Shown here: in pieces, positions 41,475-52,294 of the stretch
Layout: each line of letters opens with the position of its first letter
Numbering within the stretch: position 1 is the first letter of the stretch
Source of the DNA: a bacterium
GTDB taxonomy: Bacteria > Hinthialibacterota > Hinthialibacteria > Hinthialibacterales > Hinthialibacteraceae
Reading direction: 5' to 3'
NCBI GenBank assembly: GCA_963663405.2
Contig: CAXXSM010000122.1
Coordinates: 64,001-128,000 of the forward strand
Length of the DNA: 64,000 nucleotides
Notes under the pieces: generated by a model
Told to the model about the DNA's origin: nothing
The model's database searches: none
What the model saw: only the letters and a program-made list of their open reading frames with translations
Program-made: the position numbers and the translations under genes

Positions 41475-43322
41475 ATGCGTCCGCTAGTCCCATATGGAAG
41501 AATGAAAATGCAATTACGTCAATGGTTTGTTTTAAAAGTTGTTTTCACTCAACTATTGTGGTGTTTATTACACGGGAGTCTAGCTGGATTTACCGCAAAT
41601 GTTTTTGCTGATAACGGGCCGGCCATTCCGTACAAAGTACAATTCTCTGGAATCCGAGAAAAACAATTGATCCAACAACTCGGAAAATATTCCAAAACCG
41701 TTGAACTGCAAAATCGTCCCCCGGCTTCCCTAGCCTTGCTGGAACGCCGCGCTGAACAAGATCTTCCAAGGTTAACGAAAATCTTGAGGTCTTTTGGATA
41801 TTTAGACGCGGAGGTGATATATAAAATCGAAAGTCAAAAGGATTCCACCTTTGTTGATTTTCAGATTGATTCAGGACAACCATACAATCTGGTTTCTTTT
41901 GATTGCCACTGGATTCAGTCAGCCAGTGAGACGCCGGTTCTTCCTCCGTCTAAAACCCTCGGACTTGAAATGGGGAAACCAGTGAACGGCCAATCTATTT
42001 TGGAAGGGCAAACAAAGATCCTCAAGCGCTTGCAAAGAAACGGCTACCCTTTCCCCCGCATTGTGAATAAAAAACTGATCGCGGATTCGGAATGCAAAAC
42101 CGCCGCTCTACTGTTTGAGATTGATCCGGGGAAAAAAGCCGTCTTTGGGGAAACGTCAATAGAGGGCCTTGATACGGTGCGGGAATCGTTCATCCGCAAC
42201 CGGCTGGAGTGGGAAGAAGGAGATTTATTTGACTCACGGTTGTTGGATGACACGCGGTTGAATCTATTCAAGTCCAATCTGTTCGCCATGACGCGAATCG
42301 AATTGGCGACCACTATTGAAGTGAGCAATAAGACGCCAGTAACCATCTCCCTGACAGAAAGAAAACCACAAACGATCGGCGCGGGAGCCGAGTATCGTTC
42401 CGATGACGGGCCGGGAGGGAAACTGGGATGGGAGCATCGTAATCTCTTCGGTGAAGGGGAACGTCTGGCTGCGGACGCCATGTTTTCGGGGATTGAATAT
42501 TCGGGGGGGCTCGTTTTCAAAAAACCGGATTTTTATGACAAAAATCAGTCCTTTCTTACGGAATTGCGGATCGCCGATGATCACCCCGATCCTTACTCCA
42601 GCCGGAATATCGGCTTGTCGTTTCTACTGGAACGAATTCTCAATGAGGAGATGAAGGTTTTGGGGGGAGTATCTTATCGCTTGGCCGACGTGACTCAATT
42701 GGGCGAATCGAATTCTTTCGGCTTATTGTCGCTGCCGGCTAAATTTGAATGGCTCGCTGTTGATGATGTTTTCAATCCCACAGAAGGTGGGCGTCTGAAA
42801 TTCCAGGCCGCGCCGTATTACGACACCTTGGGAACCAACATGGCTTTTTTTAAAAGTTATGGAAAGTACAGCCACTATTTTTCATTGGTGGACGATTCGA
42901 ATCTCATTTTCGCCAGTCAGATTGGTGTGGGATCTCTCGTCGGCGATTCGTTGAAATCCTTACCTGCTGATGAGCGTTTTTACGCGGGCGGTGGTGGCTC
43001 CATCCGTGGATACCCCTACCAGATGGTCAGTCCCTTACAAGACAATCATCCCATTGGAGGCCGATCTATTTTGGAACTCTCCTTTGAACTGCGGATGCAA
43101 TTGTCGAAGCATTTTGGCTTTGTCACTTTTCTGGATGGCGGCGCCGCGTTTGAATCCGTTCTTCCCGATTCCAGCGAGGATTTGCTGTGGGGCACAGGCG
43201 TGGGCCTTCGCATTTTCACGCCCATTGGCCCGTTTCGGCTGGATGTCGGTTTCCCCTTGAACAAGCGCGAGGCTATCGATGATTCCGTCCAGATTTATAT
43301 CAGCATCGGCCAAGCGTTCTAA
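41475..43322 (+). CDS. tamA: Translocation and assembly module TamA (Omp85 family)
   Basis: POTRA domains, HRNLFG, FYAGGGGSIRGY, TPIGPFRLD and the YISIGQAF beta-signal. Confidence 0.92.
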   Translation: MRPLVPYGRMKMQLRQWFVLKVVFTQLLWCLLHGSLAGFTANVFADNGPAIPYKVQFSGIREKQLIQQLGKYSKTVELQNRPPASLALLERRAEQDLPRLTKILRSFGYLDAEVIYKIESQKDSTFVDFQIDSGQPYNLVSFDCHWIQSASETPVLPPSKTLGLEMGKPVNGQSILEGQTKILKRLQRNGYPFPRIVNKKLIADSECKTAALLFEIDPGKKAVFGETSIEGLDTVRESFIRNRLEWEEGDLFDSRLLDDTRLNLFKSNLFAMTRIELATTIEVSNKTPVTISLTERKPQTIGAGAEYRSDDGPGGKLGWEHRNLFGEGERLAADAMFSGIEYSGGLVFKKPDFYDKNQSFLTELRIADDHPDPYSSRNIGLSFLLERILNEEMKVLGGVSYRLADVTQLGESNSFGLLSLPAKFEWLAVDDVFNPTEGGRLKFQAAPYYDTLGTNMAFFKSYGKYSHYFSLVDDSNLIFASQIGVGSLVGDSLKSLPADERFYAGGGGSIRGYPYQMVSPLQDNHPIGGRSILELSFELRMQLSKHFGFVTFLDGGAAFESVLPDSSEDLLWGTGVGLRIFTPIGPFRLDVGFPLNKREAIDDSVQIYISIGQAF

Positions 43323-43334
43323 CAAAAACGAGGA

Positions 43335-46300
43335 GTGGCGAAAATTAAATCAATAATGTTAAATTGGAAACGTAAATTCAAATGGATATTGAAAGGATTG
43401 GCGGGGGGAGGGGCCGGGTTACTGCTATTTCTTTTGGTGGCCCTCGGTCTGGCGCAAATCCCCTTTGTAAAAGGGAAAATCGCCGGGCTTCTATCGCGGC
43501 GCCTTGGCGCCAGCCTGCAAATGGATGTGCGAGTGGAGCGAATTCATGGATTCATTCCATTTGATTTCATATGCAGCGGAATTACGGCCGCGGATAATGA
43601 ATCCACATGGTTGCGTGTGGATCAGATTCATGTGAAATATTCACCATTTTCTCTATTGCTGGGACGGGTGAATATCGAAAAGATTGCCCTCTCCAATATT
43701 GAATTGGAACGTTGGCCTCAAGAACTTAAAACAGCCCACGAATCCCCAGTCGGAGGAGGGCCGTTTCAATTGCTGGAACGCTTGCCATCCGTCACGATTC
43801 AGTCTTTAAAGGCCGGGGATGTAACGCTCGCCACATCTGTGCTTGGACAAAGATTGTCCCTTTCCCTTGAAGGTAACTTACATATGGGGAAGCCACCGAA
43901 TATATTCCAAACCTTGTTGAAAATTCGCGAAAAAGATCTTCCCCATGAATTAGTGTCTATTGATGCGAACATTCTTGGTAACCCTCCTGAACTGAATTTT
44001 TCCCTGGAGGCGAGTGAGAAAAATAACGGTTTTTTCCCAAGGTTATTAGGGCTTCGAGAGGCGGGAGCGTTTCACTTCTTACTTGAGGGAGAGGGTTCCC
44101 TGGAAAATTGGTGTGGAGTAGTTCGAACCGACTTAGAAAGATATGGTTCAATTCATTCGCAAATCCATCTGGAAGCTGCGGATGACGTTCATATGGAGGC
44201 GACGGGCGAGATCGTCATAGAATCTTCCATGATTCCACATCAAATCGCCCCGCTCGTGAACGAGCAAATTGATTTCTCATTGGCTGGAGCGCTGGAGGTA
44301 ACGAAGCAGCTGACAGTCGACCGACTTCATCTTGAAACGGGGATGACAAGCGCTGATTTTTGGGGGACGTACGATCCGCGCGCGCGCTCTCTCGAAAGCC
44401 GGCTGACGATAGGAGTGAGCGATTTGTCTCCCGTTCAATCCCTAGCGGGGATTCCTATTTCCGGTTCTGCAACTTTCCAGTGCGACGCGCAGGGTACGAT
44501 TCAAAAACCGGAGGCGGAGCTTGCTTTTCGGGTATACAAGCCTCGAATCGCGAACGTCATGGCGCAACAGATCGAAATGCAAATCAATGTCCATTTATTG
44601 GACGAGATCACTTCGGTTCCGCCTCGTTTGGGTGTCATGGGGAAGGGGGGCGTAGAAGAATTTACTTATATGGCGGATGAGAAGATTTATGAACCGAAAG
44701 TGGACTTTTCTTTCGATGTGGAAAGCGCGGCTCTTAATCAAATCTTGATTCGCAGTATACATCTATCAAGCCAACACACGAACCTTCAAATCCAAGGATT
44801 AGTGGATGCGAATGTGCCTTGCGCCACACTCGCTTCGATGTGCCGGATTGAATCCCTGCGCCGGTATGGCCAACTCGCGGGGATGGACGTGGATGGGGTT
44901 TTGAAACTGAACGCCGATCTCCTCGCTGACGCTGCATCAAACATGCTTTCAGCCGATGTGTCTGGAGAGGTGAGCGCGCTGAAAGGAGCGCCCGAGCTGG
45001 CCGCCGTGCTGCTTGGGCCCGCGTTCGACTGGACGGGCCGTCTCGAATTTATCCCGGGAAACCGGATGAATCTTTCCGATTTTCACTTGCAGGGCCGCGT
45101 GGCTTCTGTTTCGGCGGCCGCTTCCATGAATGTAAACCAAAAACGAATCAACGCGGATTGGACGTTGTCGATCCCGAAACTCACGCCGCTTTCCAGTACG
45201 GTTGGATACCCTTTAAGCGGTGATTTCATTTTAAGAGGCGATGCGAGTGGCTCCTTACAAGACTTACAAATCAATACTATTCTCGAATCCAAACACCTGA
45301 CTGCGGAGAATCTTACCTTTGATATCGTACGGGCGAATCTAAGCGCAAGCCAAATTCCACAATCACCCCAGGGCGCTCTGGTGATGGAAGCGGTTTGCAA
45401 AGATAAAACCCTTACATTCCAGACGGATTTTCGAGCGCAAGAGTCCTTATTTGTATTAACCAATGTGAACTTGTCTGGACCGGAAATCGATATAAATGGA
45501 TTCTTAAGAGCCGACCTCGTGAAACAGTGGATTTCAGCTGACCTGGAAGGAAGATCTGACGATCTGTCGGCGTTGGGCAATTTTCTAGGTCAGCCGTTGG
45601 CGGGGCGATTAAATTTTCTCGCTTCATTCAAGCCGGGCATGGAAGGACAGAAAATCACGTTTGATTTGAACGCGTCTGATGCGCAATCTCCATTCGCTGA
45701 ATTTAAAAGGGCGCGAATCCAAGCTGAATTGGACGATGCGTTTCGAGATCCCTCGGGAAAACTATCATTATCAATCGAATCCTTCAAGAATGCAGGCATC
45801 ACAATAAAATCATTGAACGCAAAAGCCTCGAATGAAAAAAGGCGCATTGAATGGACTTGTCAAGGTCAAGGGGAATGGAAGCATCTGTTCGAGTTTCAAT
45901 CCATGGGCCACAGTGAATTCGCCGCGATTCCTAAAGTGATAATTGATACATTGCAAGGGCAATATGATGGGATTCCATTTTCATTGACAGGCAACGCGGA
46001 ACTAAATATACCGCAAAAAAAATATACATTGGAGACTCTTGAAGCTCATCTTGGATCGGGAGAAATCCGCGCTTCCGGACAATACCAGCCGCAAATCGTG
46101 GAACTGGATTTGTCTCTAGATGGTATTCCTCTCGAACTTTCCAAGTACGTGCTAACAAGTGTTCCACCTTTTAGCGGTGTTCTCCAAGCAAAATTGAATG
46201 TCAGCGGTTCTCCGGTCAGGCCCGTGGTCCAATCGGAAATCATGGCCTATAAATTACGAATTAATCATCCCCAGCTACAGAAGATACCCGAGACAAAAAC

Positions 46301-47807
46301 GGAGATTAACGCTCGATACGCCGGGGAAGAAGTATTGTTGGATTTTAAAATCTTGGATCTTTTCAACACACCGCTGACAGCGAGCCTGATGATACCGGCC
46401 ACTTTCTCATTGGAACCAGTACGATTTTCGACTTTCACCGGGAATAACCTTCGAGGACGGATCACAGGTGAAATGGATCTGGAACTCATGTCCACTCTTC
46501 TTTCGCTGGAAGGACAAAAATTCTCTGGACGTTTGATCACCGATTTGGAAATGAAAGGAACTCTTCAGGAGCCGGATTTCTCTGGAAATATCAATTTGGA
46601 AAAAGGATCCTACGATAATTTGGATTTGGGCGTAATGCTGCGTGATATCCATGCCGAGCTGCTTGCTGCAGGCCGACAAGTAATAATTCAAAAATTTCAA
46701 TTGACTGATGGGGGCGCCGGTGTAGTAACCGCATCGGGGAACATTGCCTTCGCTTCAAATACTCCTTTATCTTTGAACATGGAATTTGACCAGGCGACTC
46801 TTGCGCGCATGGATAACGTCACCGCCGTGATCGAAGGAATGCTAACGTTGAGCGGTGAACCGAACAATTTAAAACTCGACGGCAAGATGGAGATCACCCC
46901 CATCGAGATTCATGTGCTGGAGCCGTTGCCGAAAGAGATTGAAGAAATCCAAATCATTCGCGCTGGCCAAATGGAACAAGCAGACTCACCAGGAATAAAA
47001 CCGGATAAGAATCGTCCTCAGGGAAATGTAACGCTTAATTTGCAGATCCTGATACCTAACCGCATGTTTGTTCGAGGCCCCGGCCTCGAATCCGAATGGT
47101 CCGGCAATCTTCTAATCACGGGAACCGCCCCCAATCCTATCCTGAAAGGAAATCTGTCAGTGGTTCGAGGGCGGTTTAACTTCTTCGGCAACCGTTTTAA
47201 TTTAACAAGCGGATCAATTACCTTTCAGGGAAGCCAATCCGTGGACATATTCGGCAATCCTTTCAATTTAACAAGCGGCTTAAATGCGCTCCATGGAAGC
47301 CAATCCATAGATATTTTCTTGGATTTGGTCACGGAAACCACAAAGAAAAACATAACATACTATCTTCGTATAACCGGTCCAGTGAACTCGCCAAAGTTAA
47401 ACCTGGAATCCAATCCTCCTCTTGCGTCCGACGAAGTCTTATCCCGGTTGCTTTTCAACCGGCGTTTGACGGACATTACTCCGTTGCAGGCTTTGCAGTT
47501 GGCGCAAGCGGCGAATGCGTTGCGCGGCGGTAGCGATGCGTTCGATCTCATGGGAAAAACGAGAAATCTGCTCGGAGTAGATCAACTCGAATTGCGCCAA
47601 GAGCAAGGCGGAAGCATGGGCGATACCATGGTGGGCGTAGGAAAGTACCTGACAGAGAAAATCTACGTTGACTTGGAGCAGGGCTTGGGAAAGGAAATGG
47701 GAAAAGTGTCCGTTGAAGTGCAACTGACACCTTTCATTTCCATCGTGGGTGAAGTGGGAGTAGACCACAGAAGCGGTATAGGCCTTTTCTGGAAATATGA
47801 TTTTTAG
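43335..47807 (+). CDS. tamB: Translocation and assembly module TamB (DUF490)
   Basis: N-terminal anchor, a long beta-rich body, FVRGPGLESEW and VGKYLTEKIYV; directly follows tamA. Confidence 0.92.
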   Translation: MAKIKSIMLNWKRKFKWILKGLAGGGAGLLLFLLVALGLAQIPFVKGKIAGLLSRRLGASLQMDVRVERIHGFIPFDFICSGITAADNESTWLRVDQIHVKYSPFSLLLGRVNIEKIALSNIELERWPQELKTAHESPVGGGPFQLLERLPSVTIQSLKAGDVTLATSVLGQRLSLSLEGNLHMGKPPNIFQTLLKIREKDLPHELVSIDANILGNPPELNFSLEASEKNNGFFPRLLGLREAGAFHFLLEGEGSLENWCGVVRTDLERYGSIHSQIHLEAADDVHMEATGEIVIESSMIPHQIAPLVNEQIDFSLAGALEVTKQLTVDRLHLETGMTSADFWGTYDPRARSLESRLTIGVSDLSPVQSLAGIPISGSATFQCDAQGTIQKPEAELAFRVYKPRIANVMAQQIEMQINVHLLDEITSVPPRLGVMGKGGVEEFTYMADEKIYEPKVDFSFDVESAALNQILIRSIHLSSQHTNLQIQGLVDANVPCATLASMCRIESLRRYGQLAGMDVDGVLKLNADLLADAASNMLSADVSGEVSALKGAPELAAVLLGPAFDWTGRLEFIPGNRMNLSDFHLQGRVASVSAAASMNVNQKRINADWTLSIPKLTPLSSTVGYPLSGDFILRGDASGSLQDLQINTILESKHLTAENLTFDIVRANLSASQIPQSPQGALVMEAVCKDKTLTFQTDFRAQESLFVLTNVNLSGPEIDINGFLRADLVKQWISADLEGRSDDLSALGNFLGQPLAGRLNFLASFKPGMEGQKITFDLNASDAQSPFAEFKRARIQAELDDAFRDPSGKLSLSIESFKNAGITIKSLNAKASNEKRRIEWTCQGQGEWKHLFEFQSMGHSEFAAIPKVIIDTLQGQYDGIPFSLTGNAELNIPQKKYTLETLEAHLGSGEIRASGQYQPQIVELDLSLDGIPLELSKYVLTSVPPFSGVLQAKLNVSGSPVRPVVQSEIMAYKLRINHPQLQKIPETKTEINARYAGEEVLLDFKILDLFNTPLTASLMIPATFSLEPVRFSTFTGNNLRGRITGEMDLELMSTLLSLEGQKFSGRLITDLEMKGTLQEPDFSGNINLEKGSYDNLDLGVMLRDIHAELLAAGRQVIIQKFQLTDGGAGVVTASGNIAFASNTPLSLNMEFDQATLARMDNVTAVIEGMLTLSGEPNNLKLDGKMEITPIEIHVLEPLPKEIEEIQIIRAGQMEQADSPGIKPDKNRPQGNVTLNLQILIPNRMFVRGPGLESEWSGNLLITGTAPNPILKGNLSVVRGRFNFFGNRFNLTSGSITFQGSQSVDIFGNPFNLTSGLNALHGSQSIDIFLDLVTETTKKNITYYLRITGPVNSPKLNLESNPPLASDEVLSRLLFNRRLTDITPLQALQLAQAANALRGGSDAFDLMGKTRNLLGVDQLELRQEQGGSMGDTMVGVGKYLTEKIYVDLEQGLGKEMGKVSVEVQLTPFISIVGEVGVDHRSGIGLFWKYDF

Positions 47808-48020
47808 GCCGTATTTTTTTATGATCCTATCTTGGCGCTCTCAAGTATTGAGTCGCGAAATTAAAATGTATCTTCAGAGAGCCGACTGTATAGTGGTTCA
47901 GACCGATTAAGATAACTAACGTGAGTTATATTTACGGATGAATGTGCACAATACACTTAAAAAGAGCTACAAACATTTTTATTCTTGGAATTGCACTGAA
48001 TAATGGGAAAGGATCATTCA

Positions 48021-48405
48021 TCAATCATAAGCAAGCTCAACAAAGGTTTGCCGGATCAAATCGCCTATCTCGTTTAAACTCATCTGAAACTTGTCTAAAT
48101 ATTCATGCAATCCGTATTTAACAATATCTTTTACCGAATTGTAATCTAAATCTGATCGGAGTCGCCCAAGACTTTGTTCGGCGAAATTCGTATATCTTCC
48201 TTGGGGAGTACCTGAAATTTGGTGGAGAGAATGTTCTGTCTTAATCACACAAAAATGGATGGCTCGAGGAAATTCAGCATTTAATATAAGAAACTCAACT
48301 ACATGTTGTGGAACGATCCGTTTGTAGATTTTCCGATACATTTCCAGACCACTCACTGATTTCAAGAGAGCCGCCCATTCCACAGAATCGATCGGAGTTC
48401 CTACA
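48021..48405 (-). pseudogene. Alpha-E domain protein (DUF403), 5'-truncated
   Basis: WAALLKSVSG.EMYR, EFLIL...FPRAI.FC and GLHEYLD; breaks off where a toxin-cassette remnant begins. Confidence 0.82.
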
Positions 48406-48835
48406 TCGCCCAGGCCGTCATACCGTTTATAATCTAGAAGTTCATAAAAGCCATACCTTCTACGTTGCCAACCAATGCATCTTGACGCATAATAATAGCT
48501 GTCCTGTCAAGTTATTTACTAAAGCATCTGACTTACCAGTTATACGTCCAGGTAAAAAAGCCTGGGATGAGGCAGTGAAAGATCTTGCTAGTATGGGAAA
48601 AGGAAAACGAAATTATAGGACAGAGACTGCTTCAGATGCAAAAAGGCTTTTACAGGAAGCAAGAGGAAATATGGATAGACGAAAAAATTACACAAATGAT
48701 ATCTATAAAAAAGGGTATGAAACACACAATAATACATATAATCAACGTGAATTAGACGTCGGCAATGATCTTCAGCATTTAAAATGGAAGGAAATTAAAG
48801 CAGGAGGTCATATATACTATGACAAACCTAACTGA
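48406..48835 (+). pseudogene. Toxin cassette 1: Hint C-terminus plus uncharacterised toxin domain, 5'-truncated
   Basis: VYNLEVHKSHTFYVANQCILTHN, then a toxin with KGYETH...LQHLKW...GHIYY. Confidence 0.8.
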
Positions 48836-49304
48836 GGAGGTTTTTATGGTAAGCGTTCATAAGTCTGTCTATTCAGATTATTTTATTGATTTACGTGATT
48901 TGGATATTGAGTTATGTGATGAAACATTTGCTTCTAAAAAATTTTCTGAGCTTGTTGATATGAAAGCAAATTCCTATTTTCATTTACCCAATGATCATTG
49001 GTTGGTCACAGGTATTATCACTATCATAGGTAATTGGATCGATTCGTACAATGCAGATAATAATGAATCTGTTTCTTCTATTCTTAAAAACCACATCAAG
49101 TGGGATGAAAACGATGATGTTTATTTTATGGCTAAAAGAAGCATTGTATTTAGGATTTCATGGAAGATATTTATTATGCACTGGGATTTATTTGTGGCAT
49201 GCGAAGATGACTGTCCTATTATCATGTCAACAGTTCACAAAAAGGAGGCATTGATTTTTACACCAACCGGTAAGTTGCATTTTATTCGTGACTCATCAAT
49301 CTGA
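48819..49304 (+). CDS. Immunity protein for toxin 1 (DUF2947-like)
   Basis: Overlaps the toxin stop; low GC; W..NDDVYF...SWKIF..HWDLF...DDCPI. Confidence 0.65.
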   Translation: MTNLTEEVFMVSVHKSVYSDYFIDLRDLDIELCDETFASKKFSELVDMKANSYFHLPNDHWLVTGIITIIGNWIDSYNADNNESVSSILKNHIKWDENDDVYFMAKRSIVFRISWKIFIMHWDLFVACEDDCPIIMSTVHKKEALIFTPTGKLHFIRDSSI

Positions 49305-49443
49305 TTGTTCCAGGAAATCCGAAATCCCAAAAGTAACATCTTAAATTCAAAGAGGTTATAGATTCAATTATCGGATAATAACTGTTTTGTTGAAATATAT
49401 CCAACTCAAAAAATTCTTAGAGCCGTTATTAAACTTAACCATC

Positions 49444-49477
49444 GGGCACCCAGGGCAAGGTTTTTCATCTACCCTGG
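49444..49477. repeat. REP-like hairpin preceding a toxin cassette
   Basis: CCAGGGCA-loop-T(A/G)CCCTGG. Similar copies at about 51046-51074, 51204-51234 and 52927-52985. Confidence 0.75.
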
Positions 49478-49507
49478 CTAAAATCTTCGGAACGTAACGT
49501 ATCCCCT

Positions 49508-50548
49508 ATGTTCTTTACTCACAAAAATATCATCATACTCCTTGGCCTATTAATCAGCGCGTTCGCCGAATTCAATCCATCCATACTTTACACCACGAAT
49601 GAGATTGATGAATATGTTCCATCTCCACAATGGCGTTCCATTGACGATGAAGAGATCACCCCCGAAACGTGGCGCAGTATCCATCTTGAAATACGCAAAA
49701 CCGATGGAAGCATGGCCAAAATTGATTTGCTGCGGCCGCTTTGGTGGCTGGAGGAAACCAAAGCGGAAGTTGGTGGTACGCTCAACCTTTCGATACTCGA
49801 AATGGGCATCGAAGGAGACGCCAAGATTATAAAGATCGGGCCATGTTCCACCGATTCTCGTAATAGAGATCCGAAATATCAGGTCGTTACCGGGAAGTAT
49901 ACATACGAAAACGCCATCATCCTTGACCTCACCTTTAACAACGATGCGGAGAACAACCTTGGCGTAACCCCGAACCATCGGTTCTGGTCGACAAGCCGCA
50001 ATGCCTGGGTGGAAGCCGAACAACTCAAGATCGGTGAATCCGTCAAGACCAAGGATGGAATCGCTCAGCTGACCACGCGCAGTCAGCGCCCAGGCCGTCA
50101 CACCGTTTACAATCTAGAAGTTCATAAAAGCCATACCTTCTACGTTGCCAACCAATGCATTTTGACGCATAATCAAAGCAGCGCTGGCGTAGTACCTGGT
50201 GCTATAAACGCAGGGCTTGCCTCAAAGAGTGCAAAAGGGATTACAGGAATAGATTTTGAAAACTATCTTCAAAAAAAGCTGAGCGGTAGAGGTAGCTTTA
50301 AAATGGATGGACGTCAGTTTGATGGCGCATACAATAACCGATGGTATGAAGCTAAATCCGGTAAATATTGGGAGAATCATGCACAGATAGGTAAAGGTTT
50401 TGACAAATTTAGGTCTGATATTGGAGAAAGAGCTTCAATAGCTCGTAAGCATGGCGCTTTATTTGAAGTCCACTCTAATACACCAATACCAAGCCATGTC
50501 AAAGATTGGTTAACAAAAAAAGGTATTCCTTTCTTTGAGCATGAATAG
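49508..50548 (+). CDS. Toxin cassette 2: signal peptide, Hint-associated domain, Hint and PD-(D/E)XK nuclease toxin
   Basis: Hydrophobic leader; TPNHRFW and YNLEV...THN Hint blocks; FENYL...FDG...WYEAKSG REase motif. Confidence 0.85.
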   Translation: MFFTHKNIIILLGLLISAFAEFNPSILYTTNEIDEYVPSPQWRSIDDEEITPETWRSIHLEIRKTDGSMAKIDLLRPLWWLEETKAEVGGTLNLSILEMGIEGDAKIIKIGPCSTDSRNRDPKYQVVTGKYTYENAIILDLTFNNDAENNLGVTPNHRFWSTSRNAWVEAEQLKIGESVKTKDGIAQLTTRSQRPGRHTVYNLEVHKSHTFYVANQCILTHNQSSAGVVPGAINAGLASKSAKGITGIDFENYLQKKLSGRGSFKMDGRQFDGAYNNRWYEAKSGKYWENHAQIGKGFDKFRSDIGERASIARKHGALFEVHSNTPIPSHVKDWLTKKGIPFFEHE

Positions 50549-50996
50549 GGAGATTACAATGTCTAGATCGGCATCAATTGATATTGAATTATACGGCCAA
50601 GAAATAAAAATTGTTGATATCATCTATATGCTTCTAAGTTTTGGCTGGTCATTAAATGATAATGGAAAGGTATCATATTTACCTCCTGGGGTTGATGATA
50701 ATTTTGAATGGATACATGATGACATTAAAGAATCCAATCTTTTTTCACTATTAAAGAAGAAGGAACTTGTTGGTGAATTAATTGGTATTGTATTGACTTG
50801 GAGAGATACTGGTATTGGAGGACAATTTTTATTGAGAAAGGATATGAGCATATCATTCATTCTATCTGTAAATCGTAAAAAAATTAGTGATATAAATATT
50901 TTTACCGATGTAAATTGGTATTTAGAGAAAATAATTCCCGCTTTAACTTCTAAGGATGTAAATATTGAATCAATTTCGTGGGAGGAACATGTATAA
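50535..50996 (+). CDS. Immunity protein for toxin 2
   Basis: Overlaps the toxin end, low GC, about 150 aa. Confidence 0.7.
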   Translation: MSMNREITMSRSASIDIELYGQEIKIVDIIYMLLSFGWSLNDNGKVSYLPPGVDDNFEWIHDDIKESNLFSLLKKKELVGELIGIVLTWRDTGIGGQFLLRKDMSISFILSVNRKKISDINIFTDVNWYLEKIIPALTSKDVNIESISWEEHV

Positions 50997-51466
50997 ATTT
51001 TAAGTTTCAAATAAAGTATTAAAATCCGGAATCCTCCGCCGGGTGCCCAGGGCAATGCGAAGTCTGCCCTGGCATTGAACCCAGAAATCCATCACTCAGA
51101 CGAATGCCGTTCCCGCTACGCCAATTTCCGAAACAACTCCTGGTATTCCTCAAATAAAGGATGTTATGCGCCACCGATTCATCTAACTCCCCACATACCA
51201 GGCGCCCAGGGCAAGGTTTTTCATCTGCCCTGGCTTAAATCCCGAAACGAAACGTATCCCCTATATTCTTTATTTATAAAAATATTATCATACTCCTTGG
51301 CCTATTAATCAGCACGTTCGCCGCCTTCAATCCATCCATACTTTACGCCGCGAATGAGATTGATGAATATGTTCCATCTCCACAATGGCGTTCCATAGAT
51401 GATGAAGAGATCACCCCCGAAACGTGGCGCAGTATCCATCTAGAAATACGTAAAACCGATGGAAGC

Positions 51467-52294
51467 ATGGCCAAAATCGATTTGCTGCGGCCGCTTTGGT
51501 GGCTGGAGGAAACCAAAGCGGAAGTTGGTGGTACGCTCAACCTTTCGATACTCGAAATGGGCATCGAAGGAGACGCCAAGGTATTAAAGATCGGGCCATG
51601 TACCACCGATTCTCGTAATAGAGATCCGAAATATCAGGTCGTTACCGGCAAGTATACATACGAAAACGCCATCATCCTTGACCTCACCTTTAACAACGAT
51701 ACGGAGAACAACCTTGGCGTAACCCCGAACCATCGGTTCTGGTCGACAAGCCGCAATAGCTGGATCGAAGCCGAACAACTCAAGATTGGTGAATCCGTCA
51801 AGACCAAGGATGGAATCGCTCAGCTGACCTCGCGCACTCAGCGCCCAGGCCGTCACACCGTTTACAATCTAGAAGTTCATAAAAGCCATACCTACTACGT
51901 TGCCAACCAATGCATTTTGGCGCATAATAATAGCTGTCCTGTCAAGGCTGGTATTACAAACACAAGCCTTGACCTAAAGAGTGGTACATATGCAAGGCCA
52001 GCTGGATATAGAAAGGGAGTTAGAGATCAAGTTTGGGATAATGCAATAGATCCCTCTACAGGAAGGGTTCGTGATCCCAAAACAGGACAATTCATGAGTA
52101 AGGAAAAACCATGGGATATGGGGCACAAACCAGGGCATGAGTTTAGAAAGCATCAGAAAAGCGCTGCTGAAAGGGGCATAGATCGCCAGCAATTCTTGGA
52201 TGAACATAATAATCCATCAAATTACCGACCTGAATTACCAAGTTCAAATCGTAGTCATGCTACAGAAGATAAGAATAAATACTTCAGCCCATGA
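51467..52294 (+). CDS. Toxin cassette 3: Hint plus GH-E (HNH/EndoVII) nuclease; leader inactivated
   Basis: WDMGHKPGHEFRK...EHNNPSNYRPELPSSNRSH. The position matching the leader ATG of the other copies reads ATA (about 51264). Confidence 0.85.
   Translation: MAKIDLLRPLWWLEETKAEVGGTLNLSILEMGIEGDAKVLKIGPCTTDSRNRDPKYQVVTGKYTYENAIILDLTFNNDTENNLGVTPNHRFWSTSRNSWIEAEQLKIGESVKTKDGIAQLTSRTQRPGRHTVYNLEVHKSHTYYVANQCILAHNNSCPVKAGITNTSLDLKSGTYARPAGYRKGVRDQVWDNAIDPSTGRVRDPKTGQFMSKEKPWDMGHKPGHEFRKHQKSAAERGIDRQQFLDEHNNPSNYRPELPSSNRSHATEDKNKYFSP

Noticed and set aside
48308-48405. N-terminus of ORF 48308-48835 as a real toxin leader
   Set aside because: It is the antisense strand of the alpha-E fragment; cassette homology starts at about 48406.
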